Of a stretch of 64,000 bases of DNA, positions 33,622 through 44,881 are shown in pieces; the stretch's first letter is position 1; each line of letters opens with the position of its first letter. A program made the position numbers and the translations under genes. The stretch is taken from positions 62,001 through 126,000 of the forward strand of contig CAKKNE010000003.1 of assembly GCA_918797485.1 (NCBI GenBank), in the 5' to 3' direction. Source of the DNA: Pelagomonas calceolata (Eukaryota). The notes under the pieces are model-generated. The model made no database searches and was not told where the DNA came from. It saw nothing but the letters and a program-made list of their open reading frames with translations.

Positions 33622-34308
33622 TTACAGGGGCCGGTTGCTCCCGACGCAGGAGGTGTCGATGATGTCCGTGATGAGCCAGACGTCGCGCGGTGGCGGTCGT
33701 CTTTGCTTTTCTAGGCGTATTGCGAAGATCGCGTTGCTCAGCGCGATGTCGTCCTTGGGAATACCGGACGGGTGCCGCATCGCCCCCATTGGGCTGCCGA
33801 CCACTCTCAACGCCACCGACGCGAGAGCTCCTCTGGTAGGCGTTCCGGCGATTTCTGTTAGCTCGCCTATGTCTATCCGCGACGCTCCGAAGAATGGCCT
33901 CAGCACTGGCGAGAGCTGGCCGCGTTCGATGAATACGTCCACGCCGCGGTTCTCTTCCTGACGGCCTACAGCGGTGACCGCCACCCGCGCACCCAGCGTC
34001 ATGAACGCGTGGCACCGTTCTAAACCAGCGTTCTTCGTCGGGATGTCTACGAACTGCAAACCGCGGAAACAAGCGCTCACGACCTGGCCCGGGCCGAGGT
34101 CCTGCGACGGCTCCATCGGTGCACAACGAGCAGCGAACTCGCCGACGGCCCAGTCGTCGACAGCGATGCATTCCTCGTCGGCTTCGGGCTGCGCGAGTCG
34201 TTTCGTGCGGATTGCGCGCAGTGCATTACGATGCGATATGAGAGCTGGTCGCCACGCCGTACAACCAATGACAAATGCTGCGAGCATCGATGCCGCGCGA
34301 GCAGCCAT
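33622..34308 (-). CDS. Hypothetical, probably plastid-targeted protein
   Basis: Signal peptide ..FVIGCTA-WRP plus basic transit-like segment; intact ORF. Confidence 0.6.
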   Translation of the reverse strand: MAARAASMLAAFVIGCTAWRPALISHRNALRAIRTKRLAQPEADEECIAVDDWAVGEFAARCAPMEPSQDLGPGQVVSACFRGLQFVDIPTKNAGLERCHAFMTLGARVAVTAVGRQEENRGVDVFIERGQLSPVLRPFFGASRIDIGELTEIAGTPTRGALASVALRVVGSPMGAMRHPSGIPKDDIALSNAIFAIRLEKQRRPPPRDVWLITDIIDTSCVGSNRPL

Positions 34309-34460
34309 TGCCAGATGCTCTGTACGCACACTCTGCAACCACACAGATGGAATTAGCTTACGCGGCGGTCCGGCGCAGTAGTGCAGGACACTTTACACTC
34401 AAGGGGATTCCAGTGCAGCGCTATGCGTCCACCACGGCAGCGCGGCGCCGCGCGATGCGT

Positions 34461-34484
34461 GCTAGCGGCATGTAAGACACTAGC
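34461..34484 (+). promoter_or_regulatory. Intergenic CTAG-N14-CTAG element (consensus copy)
   Basis: GCTAGCGGCATGTAAGACACTAGC, identical to 15523-15546. Confidence 0.75.
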
Positions 34485-34610
34485 GAGGCATCACTGCACG
34501 CACTTCTCAAACAAACAGGCTTCTTACAGTACCAGCATAGCACCAGTATTCTGTGTGTGCTTCGATCGGACACCCCGCGATCGGGGTGCCGAAAAGGAGC
34601 AGGAAGAGCA

Positions 34611-36491
34611 TCAATCGTCGACGGCCCCGCGGTCCGGCCGCCGGGTGAGCCCCTCGAGCTCCTGGAAGGACGACTGCCGCGGCATCGCCACGACGACGCG
34701 CTCGGCGAGTTCCAGCGCCCCGGCGAGCCGATCTACCGACCAGGCCGCCGCGTCCTCGAGGCCGAGCACGAACTGCAACAATTCGAGGCGCAGCGACGGC
34801 CGGTGGAACGACGACGCGAGCGCCGCGAGTTCCGCCAGCTTCGCGGGCGCCGCGTCGACGGCCGAGCCGTCGCTCCGCGCCAGCGACGCGAGCCGGTCGC
34901 GGAACGCACGCCGATTCGCCAGCGCGCGGCCGCCCGCAAAGGCCGTCAGTTGCGGCGCGTGGAGCGAGCCCTCCTTGTCGCCGGCCGTCTTCGACGCGTC
35001 GCGGTACGCCGCCAGGCGGAAGGCCAGGCTTTGATCCGCCTTTTCGAGCCACGCGTCGAGTAACGCCACGGCGTCGCGCGACCGCTTGGCCAGCGCGCCC
35101 GACGCGCACGCGATCAGCGCGGCGACGGCGCCGCTCGCGACGAGGCACCGGTCGCTCGCGTGGCGGACCGACCCCGGCGCGCAGGCCTCGTCGGCGGCGA
35201 AGGTCGACAGTTCGGCCCCCACCACCCCCGCCACGGCGCGCGCGGCCTCGGCGTTGTCGGCGCGCACCGCGTGCGCGAGCGCGTCCCGGGCGGCCCGCGC
35301 CGGCGCCGGCGCGGATCTCAGTAAAGCGTGGAGCACGTCGTCGGCGAGGCCGTAGGCGCCGTGGGCCACGAGCTGCGCGTCCAGGGCCCCGGGCGCGTGG
35401 CGCAGCGGCGGCACGTCGGCGTGCGGCCGCAGGCAGAACGACGGCTTCGCGTCGGCGAGCTTGGCGAGGAGCCCCGCCTGTTGATCAGCCGTGAACTCGA
35501 CGGCGTCGGCGCCACCGCCGGCATCCAGCACGAGCAGCGGCAGGGCCGTGTCCGACGCGACAGCGAGCAAATCTCTGGCAGCCATCGCCAACAACAAATG
35601 GTCGGGCCGTGTCGTCCGCGCGAAGACGGCCACGACGGCCTCGCGCGTCACCGGCGCGAGGACCTCGTTGTAGGGCGCCACTTCGGTGGAAGCGCGCGTC
35701 TCGCCGAAGTGGACGTACTCCTTGCGGATCGCCATGCGTTCCAGCTTTTCGAGCGGCACGGCGTTCCTCCGCAGCTCGTCGGCCACGAAGAACGACGAAC
35801 TACTGGAATCGAGGCTCTCGCTCTTCTTGCGGCCCGTGCTGAATTCTGTTTTTGCAAAGAAGCCGGCGGGCCAGCACCAGACATCCTGCGGGAGATGTAA
35901 TTTCTTCCGCGCCAGCACGACGCCGCAGGACGACGAGTAGGCCCGCCCGAATAAACGCATGCCGGCGCCGCCCGGCGGCGGCAGCGAGCACGGGCTCAGG
36001 TCGCCCCGGTCCAGGGCCCTCGCGAACTGGTGCCAGAAGTCGTTCCGGATCGTCTTGACCAATGCGCCGCGCTCGAAGGCGCTCGCGCCCTCCGTTTCTC
36101 GCAGGATCGCCATCGCTCTTCGCGAGGCCTCGGCCTCCTCGCCGCCGCCGGCGCCCGTCCCGAGCGCGGCCAAATCGAGCTCCGTCGTCGGCTTTAGGTC
36201 CGAGGGCGGCAACGGCGGCGGCGGCGGCGGCGCGTCGGCGTCCTCGAGGAGCAGCCGCCGCCGCAGCGCCTCGATGCGGCGCTCGTGCGCCGCCGCCGGC
36301 TTCTCGCCCTCGTCGTCGCCGGAAAAGCTGCGCGCGCCGCGCGTGACGGCGATCGAGGGCCGCGGCGACCGGCCGCCGCCCTCGGCCTCGACGGCCTTGC
36401 GCGCCGCGCGCACGGCCGCCTTGACGTTCGGGACGGTCGCCAGGAGCTGGAGGAGCGCGGTGACTTCGTCGGCGTCGGCGTCCTCTCGCAT
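34611..36491 (-). CDS. Hypothetical protein (626 aa)
   Basis: Long ORF with host-like codon usage; no recognised motif. Confidence 0.65.
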   Translation of the reverse strand: MREDADADEVTALLQLLATVPNVKAAVRAARKAVEAEGGGRSPRPSIAVTRGARSFSGDDEGEKPAAAHERRIEALRRRLLLEDADAPPPPPPLPPSDLKPTTELDLAALGTGAGGGEEAEASRRAMAILRETEGASAFERGALVKTIRNDFWHQFARALDRGDLSPCSLPPPGGAGMRLFGRAYSSSCGVVLARKKLHLPQDVWCWPAGFFAKTEFSTGRKKSESLDSSSSSFFVADELRRNAVPLEKLERMAIRKEYVHFGETRASTEVAPYNEVLAPVTREAVVAVFARTTRPDHLLLAMAARDLLAVASDTALPLLVLDAGGGADAVEFTADQQAGLLAKLADAKPSFCLRPHADVPPLRHAPGALDAQLVAHGAYGLADDVLHALLRSAPAPARAARDALAHAVRADNAEAARAVAGVVGAELSTFAADEACAPGSVRHASDRCLVASGAVAALIACASGALAKRSRDAVALLDAWLEKADQSLAFRLAAYRDASKTAGDKEGSLHAPQLTAFAGGRALANRRAFRDRLASLARSDGSAVDAAPAKLAELAALASSFHRPSLRLELLQFVLGLEDAAAWSVDRLAGALELAERVVVAMPRQSSFQELEGLTRRPDRGAVDD

Positions 36492-36749
36492 TCTTTGTCC
36501 ACGCGGTAGCTGGAGTGGGTTCGGAGCGCGGCGATCAACTCAGAGCAGGGAGAGCAGCACTGAGATAGTGTTAGAAGGCGCTTGCTGGCAGAGCGAGCTT
36601 GTCACAGCACGAAGGGTGTACAGGACTATATTTTGCTGCCTATCTCAGCATCATTACGTCCTTAAAGTGCCTCAACTCGCGATAAACAAGCTGCCAAAGA
36701 AATATGCTAGTACCTCATCGCGCTAGGGACTCTTACGACTCTTACAACG

Positions 36750-38378
36750 CTACTGGGACGCCTCCGAGTCGCTGACCGTCTCGCCGTCGCTCGAGTCCGA
36801 GTGGTTTCGCTGCTCAGCAATCGCCGCCGCGACTCGGAAGGCCTCGTCTGCGTCCGCGGCCGACGTGGACAGACGGTTCGGGCGCCGCGTCGCGGCGGGC
36901 GCCGTCGGGTCGGCGCCCTTGCGCGCGGGGCCGACGCGCCGCCGCGCGTCCTCCTCCTCGAAGAACTCGTCGTCGTCGCTGTAGTCCTCGTCGTTCGTGG
37001 GCGGCGCGTCCTTGTACTGGTTTGGATCGAACGCACCCTCGTCGCCGGCGGCCCACTTCTCGAACTCGGCGAGCTCGTCGGCGTCCTTGGTCAAGGGCTT
37101 CTCGACGGGCTCCGCGGCCTCCGCCTGCGCCCAGCCGTCGCCCGGGCCACCGTCGTCGACCGGCGTCACGATGTGGCCGTCCGTGCCCGCCTCGACGGCG
37201 TCCAGGTCCTCCTCCGCCGCCTTCGGCGGCGCCGGCGGCTTCGCCGCGCCCTTCTTCTTCGCGACGACGTCCTTGACCGGCGCGGGCGGGTTCATTTCCT
37301 TCTCGAGCTCGGCCAAGCCTTCCTCGTCGAGGAAGGCCTTCGTCGGGATCGACAGCGTCGGCAGGCCGTCGCCCCCCAACAGCATGTGCGCCACGACCAA
37401 GCACAGCGTCGACCGCTGCGCCTCGATCAGACCCAGGCTCAGGTCCGCCTGGCGCGGGTGCCCCGCGAAGGGCCGGAAGCGGTAGAGTTCCATGAGCCGA
37501 CGCATCACCGGCCCGCAGCCCTGGACTTCCACTTCTTTGCCCCGCGCCGCGTCCCTAATCACGCGCATCATCGCCGGCTCGCCGTCCTCGTCCACGTCGT
37601 CGTCGTCCTCCTTCGACGGGTCGCGCGTGTCCACGGGCACGCGCCGCGGCGCGCTCAATCGCAGCACGTCGTCGTGCGTCAAATCCGCAGTACATACCGC
37701 ATAGACGGCCAGCAGCTCGCGCATGACCTCGACCTGCTTGGTCTTGGGCAGGTCGTCGGCCGTCTCGCAGACGTCGCCCTGGGCGGGGCAGAAGGCCTCC
37801 TGGAAGCAGCCTTTTATTTCGTTGAAGGCCCGCGTGAGCATCCTTTCCACCAATTGCTTCCGGCTCTTCTCATCCAATTTGGCCCACTTCTTGCAGAAGG
37901 GCGCCGCCTCGCCCTTGGACAGGGCGCCGCGCACGGCGTCGCGCCGGTCCTCGACCGCGTCCGCGAGGCGCTTCTTGACTCGCAAGCCGGCGGCGACGTC
38001 CAGATCCAGGGTCGTCAGCAGCTTCAGCGCCATGGCGTCGTCGCGATCTAGACTAAGCGCCCGGCGGCAGGCTCGCAGCGCCGCCGGCCGGTCGCTCCGC
38101 TCCAGCGCTTGCGCGAGGCGCGTGTGCCCGCGCGCGAACGATTCGTCCGCCGCGATGCAGGCCTCGGCGTCCCTGCGCGCGTCCTCGAACTTCCCGAGCT
38201 TGACATAACAAAAGGCCCGGTTGCAGAGCGTCGCGCAGTCCGCGGGCTTCTCGTCGAGGCGCTTGGAGTAGCTGGCAACGTCCTCACCGTACTCGTCGAG
38301 CGCCGCGGCCCGCTGGAGCGCGCTCGCTTCACTAACGATGATCTTCTCGGGGTCGGGCAGCTTCGTGACGCAGGCCAT
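36750..38378 (-). CDS. TPR-repeat protein with acidic tail
   Basis: LCNRAFCYVKLGKFEDARRDAEACI..FARGHTRLAQAL. Confidence 0.8.
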   Translation of the reverse strand: MACVTKLPDPEKIIVSEASALQRAAALDEYGEDVASYSKRLDEKPADCATLCNRAFCYVKLGKFEDARRDAEACIAADESFARGHTRLAQALERSDRPAALRACRRALSLDRDDAMALKLLTTLDLDVAAGLRVKKRLADAVEDRRDAVRGALSKGEAAPFCKKWAKLDEKSRKQLVERMLTRAFNEIKGCFQEAFCPAQGDVCETADDLPKTKQVEVMRELLAVYAVCTADLTHDDVLRLSAPRRVPVDTRDPSKEDDDDVDEDGEPAMMRVIRDAARGKEVEVQGCGPVMRRLMELYRFRPFAGHPRQADLSLGLIEAQRSTLCLVVAHMLLGGDGLPTLSIPTKAFLDEEGLAELEKEMNPPAPVKDVVAKKKGAAKPPAPPKAAEEDLDAVEAGTDGHIVTPVDDGGPGDGWAQAEAAEPVEKPLTKDADELAEFEKWAAGDEGAFDPNQYKDAPPTNDEDYSDDDEFFEEEDARRRVGPARKGADPTAPAATRRPNRLSTSAADADEAFRVAAAIAEQRNHSDSSDGETVSDSEASQ

Positions 38379-38804
38379 GGTCTTGTGTGGCTGCCCTGAC
38401 GGGCTGCACTTTGTATTATTTTGTTAAACTGCTGCGGCCCTCGAAACCCGTGCCTTTTGACTTCACGTTTCGGGGCCGTCGCGAGGCCGTGGGGCACGAG
38501 TCGGAGGGACCTGGGGCGGGTCGGGGCGCGTTGGGTTTTGCATGCTGCCACTGAAAAAAGCATGGTTCCGCCAGCGTGTGCGCAGTAGGTAGCAAGATCT
38601 AGATCTGCGCCGGGCTGCGCCGCAAGGTTCACCAGGGCTGCCCATTCATCGATGCAGTGAGGCACGCGCTCTGTGGAGCGAATCATTAATGGTGGCAGAT
38701 CGAGGCAAGCGCATTTGGCTGCCTTGCTGCCCGTAAAAAGGTGACCGGCGGCGAATATGTCGCTGGGGCTCCGCCGCTGGTCCTCCTAAAGCTTCGAACC
38801 CCGC

Positions 38805-40781
38805 ATGGCCTTCACTACAGTGGCACTGCTGGCGGGCTGCCTCGGGCGCGCTGCCGCAGAGGCCTGCTCGTGCAAAGCAACGTGGAGCAACACCTTCTGC
38901 TCCAACCAAGAGGGCTGCCCAGCAACTGCCTGCGACGGTTCGTCCTTCAACTGGTGCGAAGTCGAACCCGCCGGCTGCGACGGGAGCTTCTACAGCTCGT
39001 ACCATGGGCACTACTGGATGATTTGCGATCAGTCGACGCCCGTGAGCGGTCCAACTGACCAACCCTCCCAATCGCCTCATGATGATGATGATGATGATGA
39101 CTCTCCCATGATGACTACAATGATCCTCGTCGCCCTTGTCCTTGCCTGCCTCCCTTTGTGCTGCTGCTGTGTGTTTCGGGTTGAGGAAGTAGAGAGCGAC
39201 AAACTCGACACGCCCGCCGTCGGCTTTTGCTGCTGCTGTGTGGCTCCAATTTATAAAGTAGAGGGCGTGCGACCGAAGACGCCCTGTTGCTGGGAGGCTT
39301 CCGCGACCGAAGAAGGAGCCGCCCCGGGCGTGCGGCAGTTTGTAGAACGTCGGACAATGGTGTGCCAGACGCCGTGCATCCCGGAGAGCGTACGAAAGGT
39401 CTCGGCGATTCTCTTGGCCACTGCGAACGTTGCCATTATTTTTACGTGGTTGCTTCGAAGTACTCTCCGGGGTCCAATTATAGGGACTTTCTTGCTGAGC
39501 GCAATTTGTTTTGGATGTACAGGAGGAGGAGAGACGGCGGCAGCGCCTAGGCCGGCGCCGCCGGCCGCCGCGTCGTCTCCCGCCGCCGCCGCGCGGCCGG
39601 CACCCTGGTGGGCCGAGCACCTCGCGCGTATCCGGCGCGGAGAACCACTGGGGGCCGAGACGGCGTCGCCCGTCGAGGTCGCGCCGCTGCCGTCGGTCCT
39701 CGGTCAACCTCCCACAAGTTCTCCTACCCTTACTTCGCCCCGCCAGTGCTCCATCTGCCTCCAGCCGTACAGCGACCGGGTTACGACGCCGTGCAACCAC
39801 AGCTTCTGCCGCGAGTGCATCACGCGAGTCCTGGCCACCAATCCGCCTCGGAACGAGGCGCCGTGCCCGTTTTGCCGGGCGGTCGTGCGACTCCGCGACC
39901 TGCAACCACCAGGCCGGATCATTCCTGAGGGACCCCACGCGGCTGCAGCGCATAGGCGGGCGCCGCCGGCCGCCGTGCCGCCGGCCGCCGCGTCGTCTCC
40001 CGCCGCCGCGCCGCCGGAACCGGCAGAGACCATCGCAGAGATGCTTCGCCGCGCGGAGAACGCCCGGCTGCGGGCCGCGGCCGAGACGGCGTCGCCCGTC
40101 GAGGTGGCGCCGCCGCCAACGGTCCGTGCGCAGCCTCCTGCAAGTTCTCGTACCGACCACGCAACGCCGCCCCAACCGACGGGCGCGCGGCCGCAGTCGG
40201 AGGGGGAATGCGGCATCTGCTTTGAGCCGTACAGCGACCGGGTCACGACGCCGTGCAACCACAGCTTCTGCCGCCAGTGCATCACGCAAGTCCTGGCCAC
40301 CAATCCGCCTCGGAACGAGGCGCCGTGCCCGTTTTGTCGGGCGGTCGTGCGACTTCGCGACCTGCAACCGTCGGCGGCGGCAGCGCATGGGCGGCCGCTG
40401 GAGCGCCCACGCGCGCACCACGAGAGGCGCCCGGCCGCCCTCGACGCTGCGGCAAACAGATTTATAAACATGCAACGACAAGCAATGTGGGGAACTGCCG
40501 ATGTCGTGAATCGAGTTCATCGTCGTCACGTGGATCGGGCCTCGGAGGCGCGAGACCGCGACGCGAGGCGGCGGCAACGGGAAGAGGCGGCGCGATACCG
40601 CGAGGCGGCGGCAGCGAGGGACGAGGCGGCTGCCTTGGACTCTGGACGTCGTCATGCGACCGTGATTTCGGTCGAACCGATCCCGACGGCGACTGCCGTC
40701 CCTGTGCCGCCCGGTGCCGTTGAAATGGTCCAAGCGCACGCCACCGAACCTCCAGATCAGGCGCGCGTCGTGTCCGACTGA
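38805..40781 (+). CDS. Signal peptide, Cys-rich ectodomain, TM and two C3HC4 RING fingers
   Basis: CSIC/CGIC..TPCNHSFCR.CI..CPFCR twice; hydrophobic MILVALVLACLPLC segment. Confidence 0.8.
   Translation: MAFTTVALLAGCLGRAAAEACSCKATWSNTFCSNQEGCPATACDGSSFNWCEVEPAGCDGSFYSSYHGHYWMICDQSTPVSGPTDQPSQSPHDDDDDDDSPMMTTMILVALVLACLPLCCCCVFRVEEVESDKLDTPAVGFCCCCVAPIYKVEGVRPKTPCCWEASATEEGAAPGVRQFVERRTMVCQTPCIPESVRKVSAILLATANVAIIFTWLLRSTLRGPIIGTFLLSAICFGCTGGGETAAAPRPAPPAAASSPAAAARPAPWWAEHLARIRRGEPLGAETASPVEVAPLPSVLGQPPTSSPTLTSPRQCSICLQPYSDRVTTPCNHSFCRECITRVLATNPPRNEAPCPFCRAVVRLRDLQPPGRIIPEGPHAAAAHRRAPPAAVPPAAASSPAAAPPEPAETIAEMLRRAENARLRAAAETASPVEVAPPPTVRAQPPASSRTDHATPPQPTGARPQSEGECGICFEPYSDRVTTPCNHSFCRQCITQVLATNPPRNEAPCPFCRAVVRLRDLQPSAAAAHGRPLERPRAHHERRPAALDAAANRFINMQRQAMWGTADVVNRVHRRHVDRASEARDRDARRRQREEAARYREAAAARDEAAALDSGRRHATVISVEPIPTATAVPVPPGAVEMVQAHATEPPDQARVVSD
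39553..40369 (+). repeat. Recent internal duplication of the RING module (offset ~462 nt)
   Basis: Near-identical DNA at 39747-39907 and 40209-40369 plus shared upstream linkers. Confidence 0.9.
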
Positions 40782-41027
40782 CGACTGCATTGCCGGCGAC
40801 GCTTCACTTTCCCGGAACTCCTCCGCTTTCTACTTCCATATTCCTTTAAACGACCTTACCTCTTGATAAAATACTCATGTGTCCCGAGGGGCCTTCACGA
40901 TGCCGTTAGGATGAGTCGGGGAGGGGTGGGGCGACTCTGTGCGGGTTCGTGTCTTATCCGCTCTGGAGGGGGTACCGCCCCGGGCCGCGGCTTCCAGGGC
41001 TCCAACGCTTCGGAAACCCTGTGCGCA

Positions 41028-41055
41028 GCTAGCGGCCAGTAAGATACTAGCGAGC
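41028..41055 (+). promoter_or_regulatory. Intergenic CTAG-N14-CTAG element
   Basis: GCTAGCGGCCAGTAAGATACTAGCGAGC. Confidence 0.7.
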
Positions 41056-41226
41056 ACGCTCCGACGCGCGCTGTGTGCGCTGCGGGCCGCTGTAGCCACG
41101 CGTGGGCAGCCCTATGTGCGCGTCGACGTTCCTTCCGATGCGCTCGGCAGCCCCGTCGAGGCTATGACCACTACACAACACCTGTCCTGATATGCTGATG
41201 CAGGCCAGCTGATGCTGCGAGCAGTA

Positions 41227-42741
41227 ATGCCAGCACAGTATCACTTACGGGTCGAACTGTTGCTGTGTCTGGTGCTGGCGACACCAAGCCTGGCAGAGAG
41301 CCTGGCTGGAATGAAATCTCTCGGGGCGAAGGAATGCTCTGGCTGTACGTCAAACTGTGCGGACAACGTGTGCAACGGCTGGCCGTCGACGTCAGCTGAA
41401 GAGTGTCAGCAGAAATGTCTTGTGAGCGAGATCCCCGATGGTTGCACGGCGCCTGCCAACTACAAGTGCAAATACGCGTGGTGGCATGACAATCCCGACT
41501 GGCAACCTGGGTGGTGCCATAATTTCGTAGCATGCGACGTGGTGGACTCATATGACAGCACGCAAGCCCTTCTATTCGAGGTGGAAACTTCCGCACCGAC
41601 GCCATCGCCGACCACGGGTCGCAAGTTGACATACGGGTCGCTCACGGCCTCAACCTCTGTTGGGCCGACTACGGGGTGGTGCTCTCCTGGTTTAGGTGCG
41701 AATGCCGAGCTCTGGTCAAACTTTCTTTGTGGCAAGTCTGCTGAACTAATTCTCGCCGTGAGCCAGGACAGCGCTGGCTACTACGTTGAAACGACGCAAA
41801 CTAGCACTGATCCATTTTGGGACCTTGCACCTGCGAGCAACTGGGAGCTGCCGCAACTTCGGGATGAAGTCACATTAGTTGCGGGCATTGCTTGCGTCGG
41901 AGGATACAACGCAGCCGGGTCTGTGACAATTGACCTGCAAGACCACGTAATTGCGCATGGTAATACTGTCACCCCGTACGGCTGGCAGCCTCAGTGTGAG
42001 GTAGAGTGCACGCATCCAAACGGCGAAGTCTTCTCTGGTAGCACGTTCCCAGCGGAGTGCACCGGAGCGAATCGCGTGGTTGTGCACGGCGGCGGCGCGT
42101 GTGGGGCCTGCCATTTTAAGGATCAGCGCATCAACGTCAAAATCAGCGGCACGCCCGCGCCGACGGTATCTCCAGCACCGACGCCCGCGCCGACGACGCC
42201 CGCGCCGACGTTCGCGCCCACAGTTTCACCTCTTGTTGCTGACAACCTTTCGATAGGCGACGCCGTCACGCTCTGGCTCTCGAACCGCGACGAGGCCATC
42301 CGCATGTACGGCCACATCTCGACGTGGGCGACTGGGGGGGTGACGAGCATGTCGTTTTTGTTTTGCGATAGCAACTCTCCTGAGTATTCCAGTTGCTACA
42401 ACTCGGGCGCATCGTCCTTTAACGAGGACATCGGCGCGTGGGACACCTCCGGCGTCACGAGCATGTACAGGATGTTCTACCACGCTTACGCCTTTAACCA
42501 GGACATCGGCGCGTGGGACACCTCTGGCGTTACGGGCATGGACGGGATGTTCTACTTCGCCTCGGCCTTCAACCAAGACCTCAGTGGATGGGCGGTCCAC
42601 AGCGTCACGACGATGTACGAGATGTTTCGCGAAGCCGATGCCTTTAACCAGGACCTCGGCTGGTGCGTGGACGATGACGTGGACCTGTACAGCGCGTTCA
42701 GTGGCACCGGGTGCTCGTCGACGTCGTGCGGCGTCCTGCAG
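41227..42741 (+). CDS. Secreted/surface protein with Cys-rich N-terminus, PT linker and DUF285 (BspA-like) repeats; 3' end apparently truncated or fused
   Basis: Signal peptide; [17 protein letters not shown](E/Q)[14 protein letters not shown] repeats with a 75-nt period at 42418, 42493, 42568, 42643. Confidence 0.8.
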
Positions 42742-42967
42742 AGACGCGCTCACGCCCGACGTGCGCGACGCGGCCACGCACGCGCACTACGATTCGACGG
42801 TCGACAACCCCCAGGACCCATCAATTTTCGTCACTTACCACGACGCGCAAGCGTATCCCGAATACCTTATCAAATTCAAACAGGACGGCAATCCGCCACC
42901 TCCTCCAAACTGCAAGCCGGCGCATCCAGACTACCGCCCCAACGTCTTTCCTAACTACTATGACTAA
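42742..42967 (+). pseudogene. C-terminal fragment of a PARP (ADP-ribosyltransferase) catalytic domain
   Basis: [30 protein letters not shown] resembles the end of PARP12/14/15-like domains; N-terminal H and Y motifs absent. Confidence 0.75.
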
Positions 42968-43000
42968 GCTCACTACACCGTCATAAATAACACAAAAAAC

Positions 43001-44540
43001 TTACACAAACGTCTCCCGGTCGTACGCCGCCCGCTCCCGCGCGTCCGAGAGCACGTCGTAGGCCGCCTGCAGCTCGCGGAAGCGGTCCTCGGCGTCGGGC
43101 GCCTTGCTCTTGTCCGGGTGCATGCGCAGCGCCCGCGCGCGGTACGCGCGCTTGAGCATTGATGGAGACGCGTCGCGCGGCGCGCCGACGACGTCGTAAA
43201 GCGTCGGGCCCACGACCTTGGGCTTCGGAGGCGGCGGCGGCGCTTGTTGCGCGGGCGCGGGCCGCGTAGGCGCGCGCCGCGGCCGCGTCGGCCTCGGGGT
43301 CCGCGGTGTCGCAAAAGGCGAGGCGCTTCCGGCACGCCGCCTGCTCCGCGGCCGCGTCCGGGCACCGCGCGTACTCGTCCAGCGCCGCCTCGAGGTAGGC
43401 CTTGGCGTTCGCCCCGCGGTCGCCGTCGGCGGCGGCCCCGCGCGCGAGGCAGCGCGCCCGCCGCAAACGCGCCGCGGCGTAGTCCGGCCGGCAGCGCAGG
43501 GCGCTCGCGCAGCAGCGCGCCGCGTCGAGCGGGCGGCCGAGCTTCTCGAGGCACGCGGCCGCATTGTAGTGCAGCGCCGGGTGCTCCGGGTCCTCGTCGA
43601 GCGCCGCGGCGTACCAGCGCTCCGCGGCCCGGGCGTCGCCCGCGCGGAAGGCGGCGTCGCCCTTGTCCTTGAGCTCGGCGACGGAGCCGAACCGCCGCGC
43701 CTGGCTCGCGCACCAATCCCGCGACCGGGCGAACCGCGCCGCCCACGCCGACGCGACGCGGGCCGCTCGCGCGGCGTCGCCGCCGTAGCAGAGCGCCTTC
43801 AGGAGATCCAGGGCGTCGCGGCGGTCGATCGTGTTCGGAACGGCTCCCTTCGGCGCGTCCACCTCGTCCCCACCGAGCGCCGTGGCCGCCTCGGGCCAGC
43901 GCTTCAGGCGACACAGCGCGGCGGCCTCGAGTTTTTTAATTTCGGCCGACTCGGGCGCGGTCTGCTTCGCGACGCGCGCGGCGGCGAGGGCCCGCTCGAG
44001 CCGCCGCGTGACTTCTGCGCCATCGTCGGTGCCGTCCGCGCGCAGGAGCTCGCGCCGCGCCGTTGCGACGTCCGCCGCACACGCGGTCGTCGCGTCAAGA
44101 CCTTCACTCGCGACCGTCGCCGCGTCTCCAGCCGCTCCGGACGCATCACCCAACGCCGCGGCGCCGCCTTCGAGCACGCGGCGGAACGCGCGGTCGGCCT
44201 CGTCGAAGGCGCCGCGCCGCAGCAGACTCGCAGCGCGGGCGTTCGTGGCCGCGTCGTCGTCGCGCCGCTTGGCCGGGTCGTCGTCGTCGGCGTCACGCCG
44301 CTCGCCGACGCGCAGCGTGCTGCCGTAGAGCTCGACGGCCGCCTCCCACGGCCAGTCCTCGGGAATGGGCGTACCGTCGTTGGACGCGAGGTACAGCTCG
44401 CCGCTGCATTGCTTCCGTTTGGACCACGCTTTGATGAGTTTCGAGCACGGCGCGCCTCCCCAGCTCTCTGGTATCGTGAGCTTGAGAGGTGCTGTCCTCT
44501 CCTTAGACAGCAGTGTTTTTAAGACTACGGTCCTCATCAC
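43001..44540 (-). CDS. TPR plus J-domain co-chaperone (DNAJC7-like); frameshift near 43260
   Basis: LKDKGDAAFRAGD..LHYNAAAC TPRs; TLYDVVG..AYRARALRMHPDK..AYDVLSD..RAAYD. Confidence 0.85.
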
Positions 44541-44741
44541 TCAAAATCGCTTGCGCACTCAATTGTATGATACCTGAGCCCACGAATGCTGCCGCATGAG
44601 GCCTGAGACTCGCAGTGGCGGCTGCGAATTGCCGCATTAACATGTCCACTGCAGCTGGCTGGTGAGCGTCGTGGCGACTTGTTCGCTCAGCGGACGACTC
44701 TTCTGGAACCGCCAGAGAAGCAAACGGACGCCTCTTTGCTT

Positions 44742-44765
44742 GCTAGTGTCTTACAGGCCGCTAGC
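44742..44765 (-). promoter_or_regulatory. Intergenic CTAG-N14-CTAG element
   Basis: + strand GCTAGTGTCTTACAGGCCGCTAGC between divergent genes. Confidence 0.75.
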
Positions 44766-44881
44766 TAACTCGACTTGCCGTCTCCGCGAGTGCTGCGTAC
44801 GCGCCGCATTTGTCAATATCCTGACAGCGAGCGAGGCTTGACACAACGTTGTTTCTGGCCTAAACCTGCTGGACCAGCGAA

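Noticed and set aside
36706..36727. GCTAGTACCTCATCGCGCTAGG as another element copy
   Set aside because: Ends and position fit but the GTCTTAC core is missing; too degenerate to count
38646..40790. 714-aa antisense ORF and many other long Arg/Ala/Pro-rich ORFs
   Set aside because: Shadow frames of GC-rich genes on the other strand or frame; no domain motifs
42418..42670. Regularly spaced repeats as a CRISPR array
   Set aside because: 75-nt period, in-frame coding DUF285 repeats, no unique spacers or cas genes, eukaryotic context
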